Source: Bacillota bacterium
GTDB taxonomy: Bacteria; Bacillota; Clostridia; Acetivibrionales; DSM-1351
Assembly (NCBI GenBank): GCA_023412635.1
Contig: JAEYNI010000329.1
Coordinates: 1 to 45,219, forward strand
Length of the DNA: 45,219 bases
Direction: 5' to 3'
Shown here: positions 27,280-36,503 of the stretch, one piece after another
Layout of the letters: every line of letters begins with the position of its first letter
Position numbering within the stretch: position 1 is the stretch's first letter
Made by a program: the position numbers and the translations under genes
The notes under the pieces: generated by a model
Databases searched by the model: none
Seen by the model: the letters and a program-made list of their open reading frames with translations, nothing else
What the model was told of the DNA's origin: nothing

Positions 27280-30279
27280 TTAAGGCACTATAGTTATTGG
27301 TAAATCAGTAAATCCACCGTAAGGCATTCCCGATTTAAAAATCAACTGATTATCACTGTCGAAGCAGTTATGTATCAATGGTGAGTAGCTTAAAGAAGCC
27401 TTTGACCAATCTATTTTTGATAAATCAGTTGGGACATTCTTTTGGTTAATAACAATTTGTCCATTATTTACAAAAACCTTGCCTCTCAAGGTATAACTTA
27501 TTCCATCCACATTCAATGTGAACAGACAGCCAAACATACTTCCATCACTGAATAAATTGTGCACTTGTGGAAGGTTGACTTTGATAGCGTTTAACCTATT
27601 GTCATATTCTACTCTATCTGGCGTTACGCTAATTTCCTGGATAGTACTTGGTGTTAATTCGATATTTATTACAGAAGTAACTATATCGCCACTAAAGTCA
27701 ACTGGGCTTGTACCATCTCTGGGTGCTGGTGTTAAGGTAACATAGTACTTGTCACCTACTAAAAGCGTAGGAGTTTCATCCAAGCAAATATATAACTTGT
27801 GATAATCCCCTGCATTGCTCCAAATCCTAAGAATATCTGATTTATCGTTTACAGGTGTTAAATGTTTAGAGTCTGGGCCTTTATTTATGGTAATGTCAAA
27901 TGAATTGTAGTCTAGCAAAGCAAAATTCATCTTTATATAAATATATTTTCCATCTGTCGATACAGCTGATACTCCCTGGGACACACTATAGCTGACAGCT
28001 TTCACAGGTACATTGATAAAGCTTTCTACAGTGTTTGGAGTAGTAGCGTTATCCTGTAGCTGATATTCGTCTCCATAGGGTTTGTTATAGCTTATTAATA
28101 AATTGTTTATATCCGTTATCCCTTTAACTGAAAGCTCCACAACTCCTTTATCAGAGGCAATATTCCTGACACTGATTCCTTCCACGCTAATTGCCCCCGG
28201 ACTTGTATAACTGTTCGGAACCGCGATTGCCGATGGGCTTATTGTATTAACGTCCCCCTCAATAGCCTCTGAAATTGTTATACTACTAGATACTGTAATA
28301 GCACTTGAGCTCGTTGTAGCATATGCTATAGTGAAATCACCAGGTAAAGGTGCTGCATTCAAATTAAGTACATCATCAAAATAAAGAGTAATCCTATCAT
28401 ATGATTTATTTATATATACACCATTGTTATACAGTTTTGGAGCAGTATTATCTTGCAGAGCCACGTCTGAAGACTGTAACTCAATCACTGTTGGTTCCTG
28501 TGATATAACACCTGAGCTTCCCTTTAAAACAAAATACATCTTGATGTTATTATTACCTTTTACTGTTACCTGAGTTGCTATTTCATGCTCGTTTGTATCA
28601 CTTATCCTTATAAACGGTGTATCATCAACCTCGACCAAACCATTAACTGCGCCGCTATGTCCATGAATAACCTCTTCTACTGTGGCATCAAAAAGTGGAT
28701 TCATCTGATTTACCAGCATAAAGACATCAACTGGATTTTCTATACTTGCGTCCTTAAGTTTTACTACAAGCTTTATTTTATTATCATTGGAGATATTGAA
28801 CTTTGGATACCCATCCTCAAAGCGTTCATCTCTAATAACCGGCTTGTTCCAACCACTCCATTTAGCATAAAGTGTAATGTTTGAAGTTATTAATGTATTG
28901 GACTTAAATTCAGTTGTTAATCCTTTATCTGTGAACCATCCCATAAATACATATCCGGGATATGTTGGAGCTGAAGGCATAACCAATTTCTCTCCACTGA
29001 TAACAGATACAGGCTGAACTGCTGAGCCACCGTTTGAATTAAAAGTAACTGTGTATTTGGTTGTCTCTGTGGTCGGATTTGAAGGTGAGGTATTTGGTGT
29101 GCTCCCATTGGAAGCTGTCCCATTGCTTTCAGGGCTGGTTCCATTGTCAGGGGTAGTTTTTTTAATGGTCACTCCACCTTTAATTTGACATTTTTGATTG
29201 AGTATCAGTTCTTCAATTAAACCTTCTGCTTCAATAATTATATCTTTAGCATTGTTTATAACTAACTTAAACGTCCCAATCAATTTAATAATATGTCCTT
29301 TTGGAATGTTCGAAGATATTTCTACACATTTTATTTCTCCGGTCTTCAAAGCTTTAGAATCGATTATTGCTCCACTATTAAGCAATATCTTCTCAACTGT
29401 TGTAGAACCGGTAGCTATCAGATTTATGTTTCCGTTATCCTTATTTATTGTTATCATACCGGATACAATAGAATCTATAAGAGATATATAAGCTCCGCCG
29501 TATACAATAATTTCACCACTTACTTTTACATTTTCCAGAGTAATTGTACCTTCAGCAGCTCCTTGAGAAATAATAAGATTACCATTGATAGTCATGTCTT
29601 TAAGCGTAATATTTGGACTATTTATAATAACATTTCTGTTTATTGTATTATCACCATATGTTCCTTCTTGTGAATATATAGCTTTAATACAATTATCCAG
29701 TATTGTAACAATCTCTGCTCGTGTAATGTTTGACTTGGGATTAAACTTATTTTTATTATTTCCGTTAACGTAACCATTATTTGATAATGCATTTACACTG
29801 GATACTGCCCAATTTGAGATCTGAGCTGAATCCTGAAACCTTAAGTAGTCAGCTTGATCATTCGCTTTTATTGAAAGCGCCTTTACTAACATAACAGCAG
29901 CTTCTTCCCGAGTAGCTTTATCCTTAGGGCGGATTTTTTTATTACTACCATTGATAATTCCGGCCTTATTTGCCTTTAATAAAGCATCTGTATAAAACTT
30001 TTCATCAAGATCTGTAAAGTTGTTATCAGCTTTAGTTTGAAATTTCATTATATTGTTTAAGACAATTGCAAGCTCACCTCTTGTGATAAAGTCATTAGGG
30101 CGAAACTTATTATTGGCTCCTGTGAAAATGCCTAAGCTTGTCCATCTAGCTATTCTATCTTTGGCCCAATGGGTTTTTGTATCAGAGTAGTTGGATGCGA
30201 ATACAGGAGCTAGCGTAAAAGAAATCATAATGCCAATAATCACAATTGAAGATAACAGTCTTTTAAAAATCCTCTTCAT
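27280..30279 (-). CDS. S-layer homology (SLH) protein with InlB B-repeat and C-terminal Ig-like domains
   Basis: Signal peptide VFA-S; three SLH repeats (FRPNDFITRGE, IRPKDKATREE, FNPKSNITRAE); S/T/P linker; B-repeat YTVTFNSNGGS...PTYPGYVFMGWF...TLYAKW (~28860-29060). Confidence 0.92.
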   Translation of the reverse strand: MKRIFKRLLSSIVIIGIMISFTLAPVFASNYSDTKTHWAKDRIARWTSLGIFTGANNKFRPNDFITRGELAIVLNNIMKFQTKADNNFTDLDEKFYTDALLKANKAGIINGSNKKIRPKDKATREEAAVMLVKALSIKANDQADYLRFQDSAQISNWAVSSVNALSNNGYVNGNNKNKFNPKSNITRAEIVTILDNCIKAIYSQEGTYGDNTINRNVIINSPNITLKDMTINGNLIISQGAAEGTITLENVKVSGEIIVYGGAYISLIDSIVSGMITINKDNGNINLIATGSTTVEKILLNSGAIIDSKALKTGEIKCVEISSNIPKGHIIKLIGTFKLVINNAKDIIIEAEGLIEELILNQKCQIKGGVTIKKTTPDNGTSPESNGTASNGSTPNTSPSNPTTETTKYTVTFNSNGGSAVQPVSVISGEKLVMPSAPTYPGYVFMGWFTDKGLTTEFKSNTLITSNITLYAKWSGWNKPVIRDERFEDGYPKFNISNDNKIKLVVKLKDASIENPVDVFMLVNQMNPLFDATVEEVIHGHSGAVNGLVEVDDTPFIRISDTNEHEIATQVTVKGNNNIKMYFVLKGSSGVISQEPTVIELQSSDVALQDNTAPKLYNNGVYINKSYDRITLYFDDVLNLNAAPLPGDFTIAYATTSSSAITVSSSITISEAIEGDVNTISPSAIAVPNSYTSPGAISVEGISVRNIASDKGVVELSVKGITDINNLLISYNKPYGDEYQLQDNATTPNTVESFINVPVKAVSYSVSQGVSAVSTDGKYIYIKMNFALLDYNSFDITINKGPDSKHLTPVNDKSDILRIWSNAGDYHKLYICLDETPTLLVGDKYYVTLTPAPRDGTSPVDFSGDIVTSVINIELTPSTIQEISVTPDRVEYDNRLNAIKVNLPQVHNLFSDGSMFGCLFTLNVDGISYTLRGKVFVNNGQIVINQKNVPTDLSKIDWSKASLSYSPLIHNCFDSDNQLIFKSGMPYGGFTDLPITIVP

Positions 30280-30409
30280 AGGTTGACCTCCGGAAAATGA
30301 AATGCTTGTGCTTTATTTTATTAGTAAGAAAATCATTTAAGATCTTTGTCGTAAGTATTATATAGAACTATTTAGGTAGAACAGAAAAACATTTATATAA
30401 ATCGGTGCT

Positions 30410-30439
30410 ATTTTATCATAATTTATGAATAGGAGTCAA
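30410..30439 (-). promoter_or_regulatory. Candidate sigma-A promoter for the SLH-RHS operon
   Basis: Minus strand TTGACT-18 nt-TAAAAT with TG extension, ~130 bp upstream of the SLH start; AT-rich background lowers specificity. Confidence 0.4.
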
Positions 30440-30622
30440 TTTATTACAAATATTTTGTTTTTTGTATAAAACACCAGGTAATATTTTGTTACTATTGACC
30501 ATATTGACTAAAATAGTGCTGGATAAGAATTTGAATTGATAAATATTTATGTCTGGGGATGAAGAAAGAATATTTATATGGAAATCCAATGGAATAAGAA
30601 ATGTTCGTAAAGAGGATCACAT

Positions 30623-30654
30623 AAAAAAGCCAGACATAGTATAAACTATCTGGC
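30623..30654 (-). terminator. Rho-independent terminator
   Basis: gccaga..tagt/acta.tctggc hairpin followed by 6 T on the minus strand, downstream of 30725. Confidence 0.6.
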
Positions 30655-30724
30655 AAAGATCAAAACCATATCAATTATTATTAACGTATATCCTTAAAGA
30701 GGACACAGAAAAGGAGCTTCATCC

Positions 30725-31054
30725 CTACACCCTCACATCAAAAACCAAACCAAAATTCTGTGCTATCAAATCATTATAATTTGCAAGGAAAAAGTCCTTT
30801 CTATCACTATTACTATCGTCATTATCCGCTTTTGTTACTGTTCTACCACTCATCTGCGCTTTTGCGGCTTCGTGATTTACGTGCTCCTGCTCATGAGCTC
30901 TTACCATAGCTCCGGCACTTTCGGGATCAAATTTCCCATTGGCTTCTACATCAATTTTATCGTGGGTTTCAGCATTTTTACCGGTGAAGTATTTCTGCTG
31001 ATTAATATTAAGCTTGGAATAATAGTCCGATATACTGTTTACAGATACGCCCAT
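30725..31054 (-). CDS. Small hypothetical protein with VRAHEQEH (HExxH) motif, SprA-related-like
   Basis: AAGGGAG RBS; own terminator; C-terminus GLVFDVRV. Confidence 0.7.
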   Translation of the reverse strand: MGVSVNSISDYYSKLNINQQKYFTGKNAETHDKIDVEANGKFDPESAGAMVRAHEQEHVNHEAAKAQMSGRTVTKADNDDSNSDRKDFFLANYNDLIAQNFGLVFDVRV

Positions 31055-31115
31055 TGTTAACTCCCTTAAAAGTTACTCTATAAGTTAATTATAGGATAAC
31101 ATTTCCACTTTGCAT

Positions 31116-31143
31116 ATATCAGCGGTAATAATTTTGTACATTA
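31116..31143 (-). promoter_or_regulatory. Candidate sigma-28 (SigD/FliA) promoter
   Basis: Minus strand TAAT-16 nt-GCTGATAT versus consensus TAAA-N15/16-GCCGATAT. Confidence 0.35.
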
Positions 31144-31297
31144 ACAAATTTTCCGTATCTGATAGTGATTATCAGGTATCAATTCCCATACACCTACATC
31201 GCAGCCAATCTACATATGCCGGCATTACCAACACTCAATAGCTTTACCAGTATTTACAGCACTTATCTAGACTTATCAGGACTTACCATCGCTACAG

Positions 31298-32956
31298 CTA
31301 CAGCCCAAGTCTCATAATTTCCGAGCCTATTTCTGCAAAAATAGGGGCAGCTGCTTCACCACCACTTTTCCCATCCTCAATGAAAACTGCCACAGAATAT
31401 TTTGGAGTTTCTGCCGGGAAATATCCCGCAAACCATGCCTGAGTTATTTTTTCACCATCAATATACTGTCCGGTTTCAGCACTTCCTGTCTTTCCGCCGG
31501 CTCCCCCGAATTGATCCATGTTGGCTTTCTTTCCGGTTCCATCACTTACAACCCCCTCCATCAGCGCTCTTATCCTATCTGAGGTGGCTTTGGATATAAC
31601 TCGTTGCTGTGACGTTTCCCTTAGATCCCTGACCTTATTTCCGCTGCTGTTTACAATACTGTCTAATATATTTATATTATTCTTAATTCCGCCGTTGGCT
31701 ATTGTGGCAACCATATCGGCTACCTGTACAGGTGTTGCCATAATCTGACCTTGCCCGATGCACGTATTTGCAATATCTCCGGGGTTTTGTAGGTCTGTCT
31801 TTGCAGGTATGATTCCCTTTGCCTCACCTATTCCCTGTTTTGTTAAATTTGTATTATCACCGAGTCCAAGTGTTTTACACATATTAAGTATCGGATCTGC
31901 GCCGAGATCCAGAGACATATTAATAAAATATGCATTACAGGATTTTGACAGAGCCATATTAATATCAACTGTTCCATGGCCCCCTGCTTCATAGGAAGAA
32001 CATTTGAATTCTGTATCGCCTATCTGAAAATACCCCGGACAGCTGAATACCATATTGTAGTCAGGCTGAAGCTCAAAAATAGCAGCCAAATCAACCAGTT
32101 TGAAAACCGAACCCATATTATATTGGGCAACTGCTCTGTTAAACAGCGGACGCTTGTTATTTGATAAATATTTTTCTATATCATTGGGATCGAAATCAGG
32201 TTTACTGCAAATCGCCACAATATCACCTGTATTGACATCCTCTACAACTATTGCCCCTGTAAGGTTTCTGCTGTCGAGTGCTTTTTCTATTATGTCCTGA
32301 ATGTGATAATCCAGTGTCAGCTTTATATCAAGTTTACTATTCTTTCTTTCATCATCCTTAATAATTCTGTAGCCAAGGCCAGCAAGCAGATCGTTGTTTC
32401 CATCGGTTATTACGGCTATTTTATCCTCCCGGCCGTAGTTCAAGGTCTTTTCGAACAATTTTTCAAGTCCATTGCTACCGATTTTATCGACTTTGTTAAG
32501 GTAACCTAACAAATGCTTTGCTTTGGTATCAGTGTTATACCTGCCAAGTGAATTAACAAATGATATTCCATCCATATTCATCGATGTCAGAAGTGCTTTT
32601 GTTTCCTTATCGACCTCAACTAAAATGGGTGTATTCTTTCTCTGAATTTCCTCCATGGTCTCTTGGGGCTCAAGTCCAAGAATCTGGCAAAGCTGATTTA
32701 TAACCTCTGGCTGGCTTCGCAGTTCGGCAGGCTTAAGTACAGCGGTAATCTTTTGAGTTCTGCTGGTGAACCTTATACCGTTCTTGTCCAGAAAATCTCC
32801 CCTGGCACTTTCAATCTGGACGTTATTAACCCTTTGGGCTGAAGCTTCCTTGGAAAATGAACCTCCCCCTATTATTTGCAAATAAAACAGTCTGGTCATA
32901 AGACATGCAGATATGGCCAAAAACACAAACAACAGAATCCTGATTCGATTAAACAT
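31298..32956 (-). CDS. Class B penicillin-binding protein (transpeptidase, FtsI/SpoVD-like family)
   Basis: N-terminal TM RLFYLQI, RGDFLDKNG, GLEK, LTLD..IQ; active-site motifs SVFK, SCN, KTG. Confidence 0.95.
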   Translation of the reverse strand: MFNRIRILLFVFLAISACLMTRLFYLQIIGGGSFSKEASAQRVNNVQIESARGDFLDKNGIRFTSRTQKITAVLKPAELRSQPEVINQLCQILGLEPQETMEEIQRKNTPILVEVDKETKALLTSMNMDGISFVNSLGRYNTDTKAKHLLGYLNKVDKIGSNGLEKLFEKTLNYGREDKIAVITDGNNDLLAGLGYRIIKDDERKNSKLDIKLTLDYHIQDIIEKALDSRNLTGAIVVEDVNTGDIVAICSKPDFDPNDIEKYLSNNKRPLFNRAVAQYNMGSVFKLVDLAAIFELQPDYNMVFSCPGYFQIGDTEFKCSSYEAGGHGTVDINMALSKSCNAYFINMSLDLGADPILNMCKTLGLGDNTNLTKQGIGEAKGIIPAKTDLQNPGDIANTCIGQGQIMATPVQVADMVATIANGGIKNNINILDSIVNSSGNKVRDLRETSQQRVISKATSDRIRALMEGVVSDGTGKKANMDQFGGAGGKTGSAETGQYIDGEKITQAWFAGYFPAETPKYSVAVFIEDGKSGGEAAAPIFAEIGSEIMRLGL

Positions 32957-33089
32957 ATAAAAACCCCTTTAACTGATAAATATATAGATTTATATACATT
33001 GTTTCCAGTTAAAGAGGTAGATTATACCACAAGTAATATTTGTGCAGAATTTCAGATCCATGTTCCAAGACCATGAGATGAGGTACAGA

Positions 33090-33227
33090 CTAAACCTTAA
33101 TTTTGGGGTTCTTTGCTTTATCAGCTTTGTCAGCTTTTTTAGCTTTGTTAGAGATTTTTGGTGCATGAGTAACTTTCTTTACTTTATTCTTATCCTTCTT
33201 AAGTCTGTCAGGATTCTTAAAAGACAA
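33090..33227 (-). CDS. Uncalled 45-aa lysine-rich small protein
   Basis: AAGGTGG RBS then TTG; MSFKNPDRLKKDKNKVKKVTHAPKISNKAKKADKADKAKNPKIKV*; alternative in-frame ATG at 33233. Confidence 0.55.
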   Translation of the reverse strand: MSFKNPDRLKKDKNKVKKVTHAPKISNKAKKADKADKAKNPKIKV

Positions 33228-33458
33228 TTTCATCCCACCTTAGCTTCAATTTTAATTTTCGGTTAAGCTCATTTCTTGACATCTTATCCTCTGAAAAGCT
33301 TTTATGAACTCAAACATTTTCTTCTTTGTCATAAAGGACTTTATAAGTATATAATAAATACCGAAATATAGCGAATGAAATTATCGGTCTCACTTTCCAT
33401 TTTGAATTTTCTGGGCTACTTCTAAATTGGGTTTATGTTGTTTTAAATAAATTTTTTC

Positions 33459-33854
33459 TTACAGGTTTAAGTTCTTTGTCAGCTCAGTAAAAATTACTCC
33501 GATAGCAACAGCTCCGGCGTCAGGCTTGGCTCCGCCTCTTTTCTGGATTCCATAAACTGCACTTTGCATAAGAGCAGCCAAGCCTGCCAGATCCAGTTCG
33601 GTCTTGCCTGTTGCATATTTTGCAGCACTTCTGAATGCTGAACCCCATATTGGACCTGACGCTCCGCCACAGTACTCGATAATTATCATTCCGCAGCCCT
33701 TAAGAAAAGCCCCTATATCCTCCTGGGGAACTTCACTCCAATCCTGTTTCAACTGCTTGAACCCTTTTGCAACCGACATTCCGAAATCTCCGTCACCTGC
33801 AACAGAATCCAGTTCACAAAAATAAACTTCGTTTGCTATGATGATATCAGCCAT
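33459..33854 (-). pseudogene. dhaL: Dihydroxyacetone kinase L domain, internally deleted
   Basis: ELDSVAGDGDFG, GGASGPIWG; RGGAK is joined directly to PDAGA, missing the GDKT-containing segment. Confidence 0.85.
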
Positions 33855-33899
33855 ATTTCATAACAAGCTCTGTTATTTTTTTAGTAATCAAAAATAGCA

Positions 33900-33980
33900 T
33901 TATATACCTGTATTGCTGAAGAAAAGCTGCTCTGGATGTGCCTTTACAATTCCCTCACACATCTTAAATACAACATCTTC
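33900..33980 (-). pseudogene. dhaK: Short N-terminal fragment of dihydroxyacetone kinase K
   Basis: [19 protein letters not shown] resembles the DhaK N-terminal helix; fused to the gldA remnant. Confidence 0.55.
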
Positions 33981-34620
33981 AACCAACAGGGTTTCAAAGC
34001 AAAGTGTTGCCAAAGCATAGGCAGCCTTGGTGCTTTTGCCTCCGGGCATGTTGTTAGAACCGGATCTGATACAGGACCTTGCCTCGAATTATGTGGAAAG
34101 TGCATCGCCCATACCAGCTACAAGATATCTTACCGGAGCCCTTGAGATAATTCCTGTATCAACAAGAAGAAGATCGGGATTTCTTTGTAAATGGAAGTAT
34201 TCTTCGAATTCACCTTTTCATTATATTATTTCAAGCTTACTTGTTGGAGCATCTGTGATGTAATGGTAGGAACAATTACTACAGGTTTCTTGGAAAGGAA
34301 GGAAGCAGCTTTAGCAGTACCCAGCGATTCTCCTCCTCCTAAACCGATAAACACTCAGCAATTATTATCCTCTGCAAGTTTTTGCATTCTTGCTATTTCT
34401 TTTTTGGTGCAGTCCTCTCCAAACTCCCCATATACTATTTCAAACGAATCAGTTTCCAAGGCTTTATCGAGATAGTTCTGTACTCTTTCCTGGTCTACCT
34501 TTGAGGCCAGTTCTTTTTCACAGAAGACCCCAATTAGTACAGATTTTTCACCAAATACTGCCAACACTCTACATAATGCTCAAACAATCTATAGCTTAAC
34601 TCTACTATAAATATTTGTTC
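33981..34620 (-). pseudogene. gldA: Glycerol dehydrogenase remnant
   Basis: FGEDCTKKEI, IGLGGG.SL.TAKA, VVIVPTI, DAPTS, NPDLLLVDT.II..AP.RYLVAGMGDALST*FEA, across several stops and frameshifts; 3' third missing. Confidence 0.85.
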
Positions 34621-34712
34621 TTTTGCAAGTTTATTTTCTGGCGAGGGGGTAAACAAAACTCTTACATAAGGCATAAGACCAACATGTGCAGTGAGTTACA
34701 TATTTCTTTTTG

Positions 34713-36330
34713 TTTTATATCCACGCTCCTACGTGAGGAGCGACTTCGATGCTCACGTAACAGAACTGCTATTTACATAATTTCAATCCACGCTCCTACG
34801 TGAGGAGCGACCACTCCCATTTCCAACATTCAATGCTCCTGAACTTATTTCAATCCACGCTCCTACGTGAGGAGCGACTCATGGGACAAGTTCTTGAGGT
34901 CGATAGCTTTGATTTCAATCCACGCTCCTACGTGAGGAGCGACGAGAGGCAAATGCAAATGGGAATGTACTGATCATATTTCAATCCACGCTCCTACGTG
35001 AGGAGCGACCTTAAAACCCAATGGGAGACTGGAGAAGATGTAATGATTTCAATCCACGCTCCTACGTGAGGAGCGACGGGGAGCTTTTGGTTGTGTTCGC
35101 TAAAGGCAATCATTTCAATCCACGCTCCTACGTGAGGAGCGACGGTCAACAATTTGTGTACCTCAGAAGGTACGACACAATTTCAATCCACGCTCCTACG
35201 TGAGGAGCGACGTTACCAATGTAAACTCCTATATGCTGGTCCTTATATTTCAATCCACGCTCCTACGTGAGGAGCGACTGTGCATTCACACCATCAAACA
35301 AGCAGGAATTTATAATTTCAATCCACGCTCCTACGTGAGGAGCGACACTGAATAGCTCAGCAAATTAGTCTATTACGACGATTTCAATCCACGCTCCTAC
35401 GTGAGGAGCGACTGTCACTGATTTTAATAAACCCGATATGTACATAGATTTCAATCCACGCTCCTACGTGAGGAGCGACAAATGGTGTTAAAGTGAAAAC
35501 AATAACCATTAATATTTCAATCCACGCTCCTACGTGAGGAGCGACAAAAGAATTCGGAATACTCCGATTTGAAATCGGAATTTCAATCCACGCTCCTACG
35601 TGAGGAGCGACATAAACGACCTTGGGGGACGTGCAAAAACAAAAATTTCAATCCACGCTCCTACGTGAGGAGCGACTAAGCAAAACGAGTTTATATAGAT
35701 ATATCAGAATTTCAATCCACGCTCCTACGTGAGGAGCGACGCTGCTGATGACGTTACTTGTCTCTATGTTCAGATTTCAATCCACGCTCCTACGTGAGGA
35801 GCGACAAGAACAGGAGGGCTTGGAATGAGTGAGATAGAATTTCAATCCACGCTCCTACGTGAGGAGCGACTGTAGGACATGTGGGATTTTACATAAAAAT
35901 GAGTATTTCAATCCACGCTCCTACGTGAGGAGCGACGCTTTCAAAATGAGGTGATAAATTGATTGAAAAATTTCAATCCACGCTCCTACGTGAGGAGCGA
36001 CCAGATACCAAACTATTACCGACAAGGAAACTGGAATTTCAATCCACGCTCCTACGTGAGGAGCGACGTTTTTTTATTAAGGGGCTCCCCACCCTTCAAG
36101 ATTTCAATCCACGCTCCTACGTGAGGAGCGACAGATTGGCATGATAAGGCGTTAGAACTCCATAAGATTTCAATCCACGCTCCTACGTGAGGAGCGACAT
36201 ATGTTAATGATTTACCCAGCAATTTTTCAAAATATTTCAATCCACGCTCCTACGTGAGGAGCGACATTTTGCTCCTTTTATTTTTATAGATTGTTATAAT
36301 TTCAATCCACGCTCCTACGTGAGGAGCGAC
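34713..36330 (-). CRISPR. Type I-C CRISPR array, 25 repeats / 24 spacers
   Basis: 32-bp repeat GTCGCTCCTCACGTAGGAGCGTGGATTGAAAT (minus) with 7-bp stem; spacers 32-36 bp; degenerate terminal repeat at 34713-34744 fixes the orientation. Confidence 0.98.
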
Positions 36331-36503
36331 AGCAAAACTAAACAAAAATCATCGTATACATATGTATAATTTGTATAATATTTATTAAGTGTAGATAACA
36401 TTAATATATAGTATGTCAAAAACTGGTAAAATTAAAGGTAAAAATATGCCTAAAATTCAGTGCGAATGTTCCTATCTTTTTATGTTCACTTGACATTCGC
36501 ACT
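36331..36503 (-). promoter_or_regulatory. CRISPR leader
   Basis: AT-rich segment between cas2 and the first repeat; 11-bp inverted repeat agtgcgaatgt (36459-36469) / acattcgcact (36493-36503). Confidence 0.85.

Noticed and set aside
9498..29773. Many short plus-strand and off-frame ORFs over the RHS, FN3 and SLH genes
   Set aside because: Antisense or frame shadows of long genes with clear domains; no recognisable motifs
20672..30279. Calling the cluster a cellulosome scaffoldin locus
   Set aside because: Only single divergent cohesin-like domains, no dockerins and no glycoside hydrolase genes seen
31261..31290. Three imperfect 10-bp units acttatctag/acttatcagg/acttaccatc
   Set aside because: Too short and degenerate, no spacers; no function supportable
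33042..33266. Plus-strand 74-aa Phe-rich ORF resembling a membrane peptide
   Set aside because: Explained as the antisense of the Lys-rich minus-strand ORF, which has the RBS
35010..35045. Spacer sharing aatgggaga with positions 1-9 (possible self-targeting)
   Set aside because: Only 9 nt and diverges immediately afterwards; chance level
34615..36240. ORFs 34615-34803, 35021-35203, 35959-36144 and 36052-36240
   Set aside because: Translations of CRISPR repeats and spacers
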